A stretch of 64,000 nucleotides of DNA, taken from NCBI RefSeq assembly GCF_032191835.1, contig NC_083230.1, forward strand, positions 47,678,001 to 47,742,000, in the 5' to 3' direction. How positions within the stretch are numbered: the first letter of the stretch is position 1; the number at the start of each line of letters is the position of its first letter. The DNA is from Heteronotia binoei (lineage: Eukaryota). The position numbers and the translations under genes are program-made. This document shows, in pieces, positions 62,439 to 64,000 of the stretch. The notes under the pieces were generated by a model. It had not been told where the DNA came from and did not search any database. It saw nothing but the letters and a program-made list of their open reading frames with translations.

Positions 62439-63258
62439 TTATAAGGAATCAAAACAATAGCAAAAAAAAAATCCAATTTAACCTATACAGCAGAAGGGTG
62501 GTAGAACAAATTTATGATATATGAAATTATACGCAACATGTAATCCAAAACTCTGGTATTCTTAAATTTTATTTCAGTTAAAACTAAGCAGAGATAGATG
62601 CATTTGCTGCCTATTTTGCATCAAAATAATTAAAGACTTTGAATTAAGTTTTAGAAACTCCATTAGGAAAAATGCTGTCTTGGAGCTTTTTTTGAGCAGG
62701 AATGCAGTTCTGGCTGGCTTGGTGTCAAGGAGTGTGGCCTAATAGGCAAATGTTCCTGCTGGGCTTTTTCTACAAAAAAACCCATGTGCAAAACGGTGGT
62801 GACATCAGGGGGTGTGGCTTCGGGGTTTGGATTCAGCAGAAGCTCACAGCTGAACCTCCAGCCAGTGTCTGCATGCAGTGGAGAGTTCCCAGGGCATATG
62901 CAAATGAGATACGCTACTGAGATCCTGCACTTTTCCTCCTACAAAATAATCCATGTGTGGCCTAATATGCAAATGAGTTCCTGCTGGGCTTTTTCTACCA
63001 AAAAGCCCTGTTTAACATAGTGCCTAGTAGTTTGTTGAAGGCAATCTTCTAGATAAGGCACTGTTACTTGTTATTCTTCTCATACCTGATCTAAACTAAA
63101 AAATCATTTATTGTTAGCATAGAGAATTCACTGCATATCATATTTTCAATGAGTAACATTCCATTAGTTACCAGAAATCTGAAAGTAACCGGTGCAAACC
63201 TTCTGCACAGAAGTTCTAATTAATAAATACACACAAGGAGTCTTCTCAAAGTACCTCA

Positions 63259-63504
<246 letters not shown>

Positions 63505-64000
63505 TCACTTTGAAACAAATGTCATCAAAAATTAAGTATAACTATCATAAATTTCTATTTTTAAAAAATCATATTTAGGAATATTTAAACAGATATTGCA
63601 TATAAAGTTGAACAAAGGAAATGTTATGATTGTTGAGAACACATTTTTAGTATATAATATGTAAGTCTTTTTAATAGGATTTTGATCCTTGAGTCACTAA
63701 GGATCTAGGAGTTTTTGTCCAAGGCTTAGAGTGTTGATTCCAATTTTCCTAAAGGGAAAATTACAGGCCCATAGCCATGGAGGGGGGCCTGTGGGGGCAC
63801 TGCCACTGACTTCCAGGGGGTCCTCTGGGATGCAGTCTGCTTGTTCTTCTTTTTTTGACCATGGCTGAGCCAATGAAGTGTCATCAGCGGCAGCCGGAGC
63901 TGGGAAAGCTGAGCAGGGCACAGTGCACTGCAGCAGCAAAAGCAGCAGGTGGACAGGAGGGAAGTGGAGGAGTGGGAGGCAGAGGAAGCCACATGGAAAG

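Overview
Vertebrate genomic DNA, most likely a squamate and probably a gecko, judged from the SINE/MITE repertoire. Two genes converge tail to tail: the last five coding exons of HELB (+ strand, 2774-9900) and the last 14 coding exons of GRIP1 (- strand, 63446-13048; PDZ4 to PDZ7 and stop). All splice phases join in frame. The 17-kb GRIP1 intron (21426-38314) holds two very young retroelements about 200 bp apart. One is a near-intact DIRS tyrosine-recombinase retrotransposon (22668-28220) with identical 111-bp ITRs and an ICR; a single indel breaks two overlapping frames. The other is an RT-less Ty1/copia element (28422-31562) with identical 398-bp LTRs and a 5-bp TSD. Its PBS is a perfect 31-nt copy of initiator tRNA-Met nt 10-40. 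The rest is intronic DNA with SINEs, CR1, Penelope remnants carrying hammerhead-like cores, and many hAT- and Harbinger-like MITEs. Coordinates were counted by hand and homologies recognised from memory; no database search was run.
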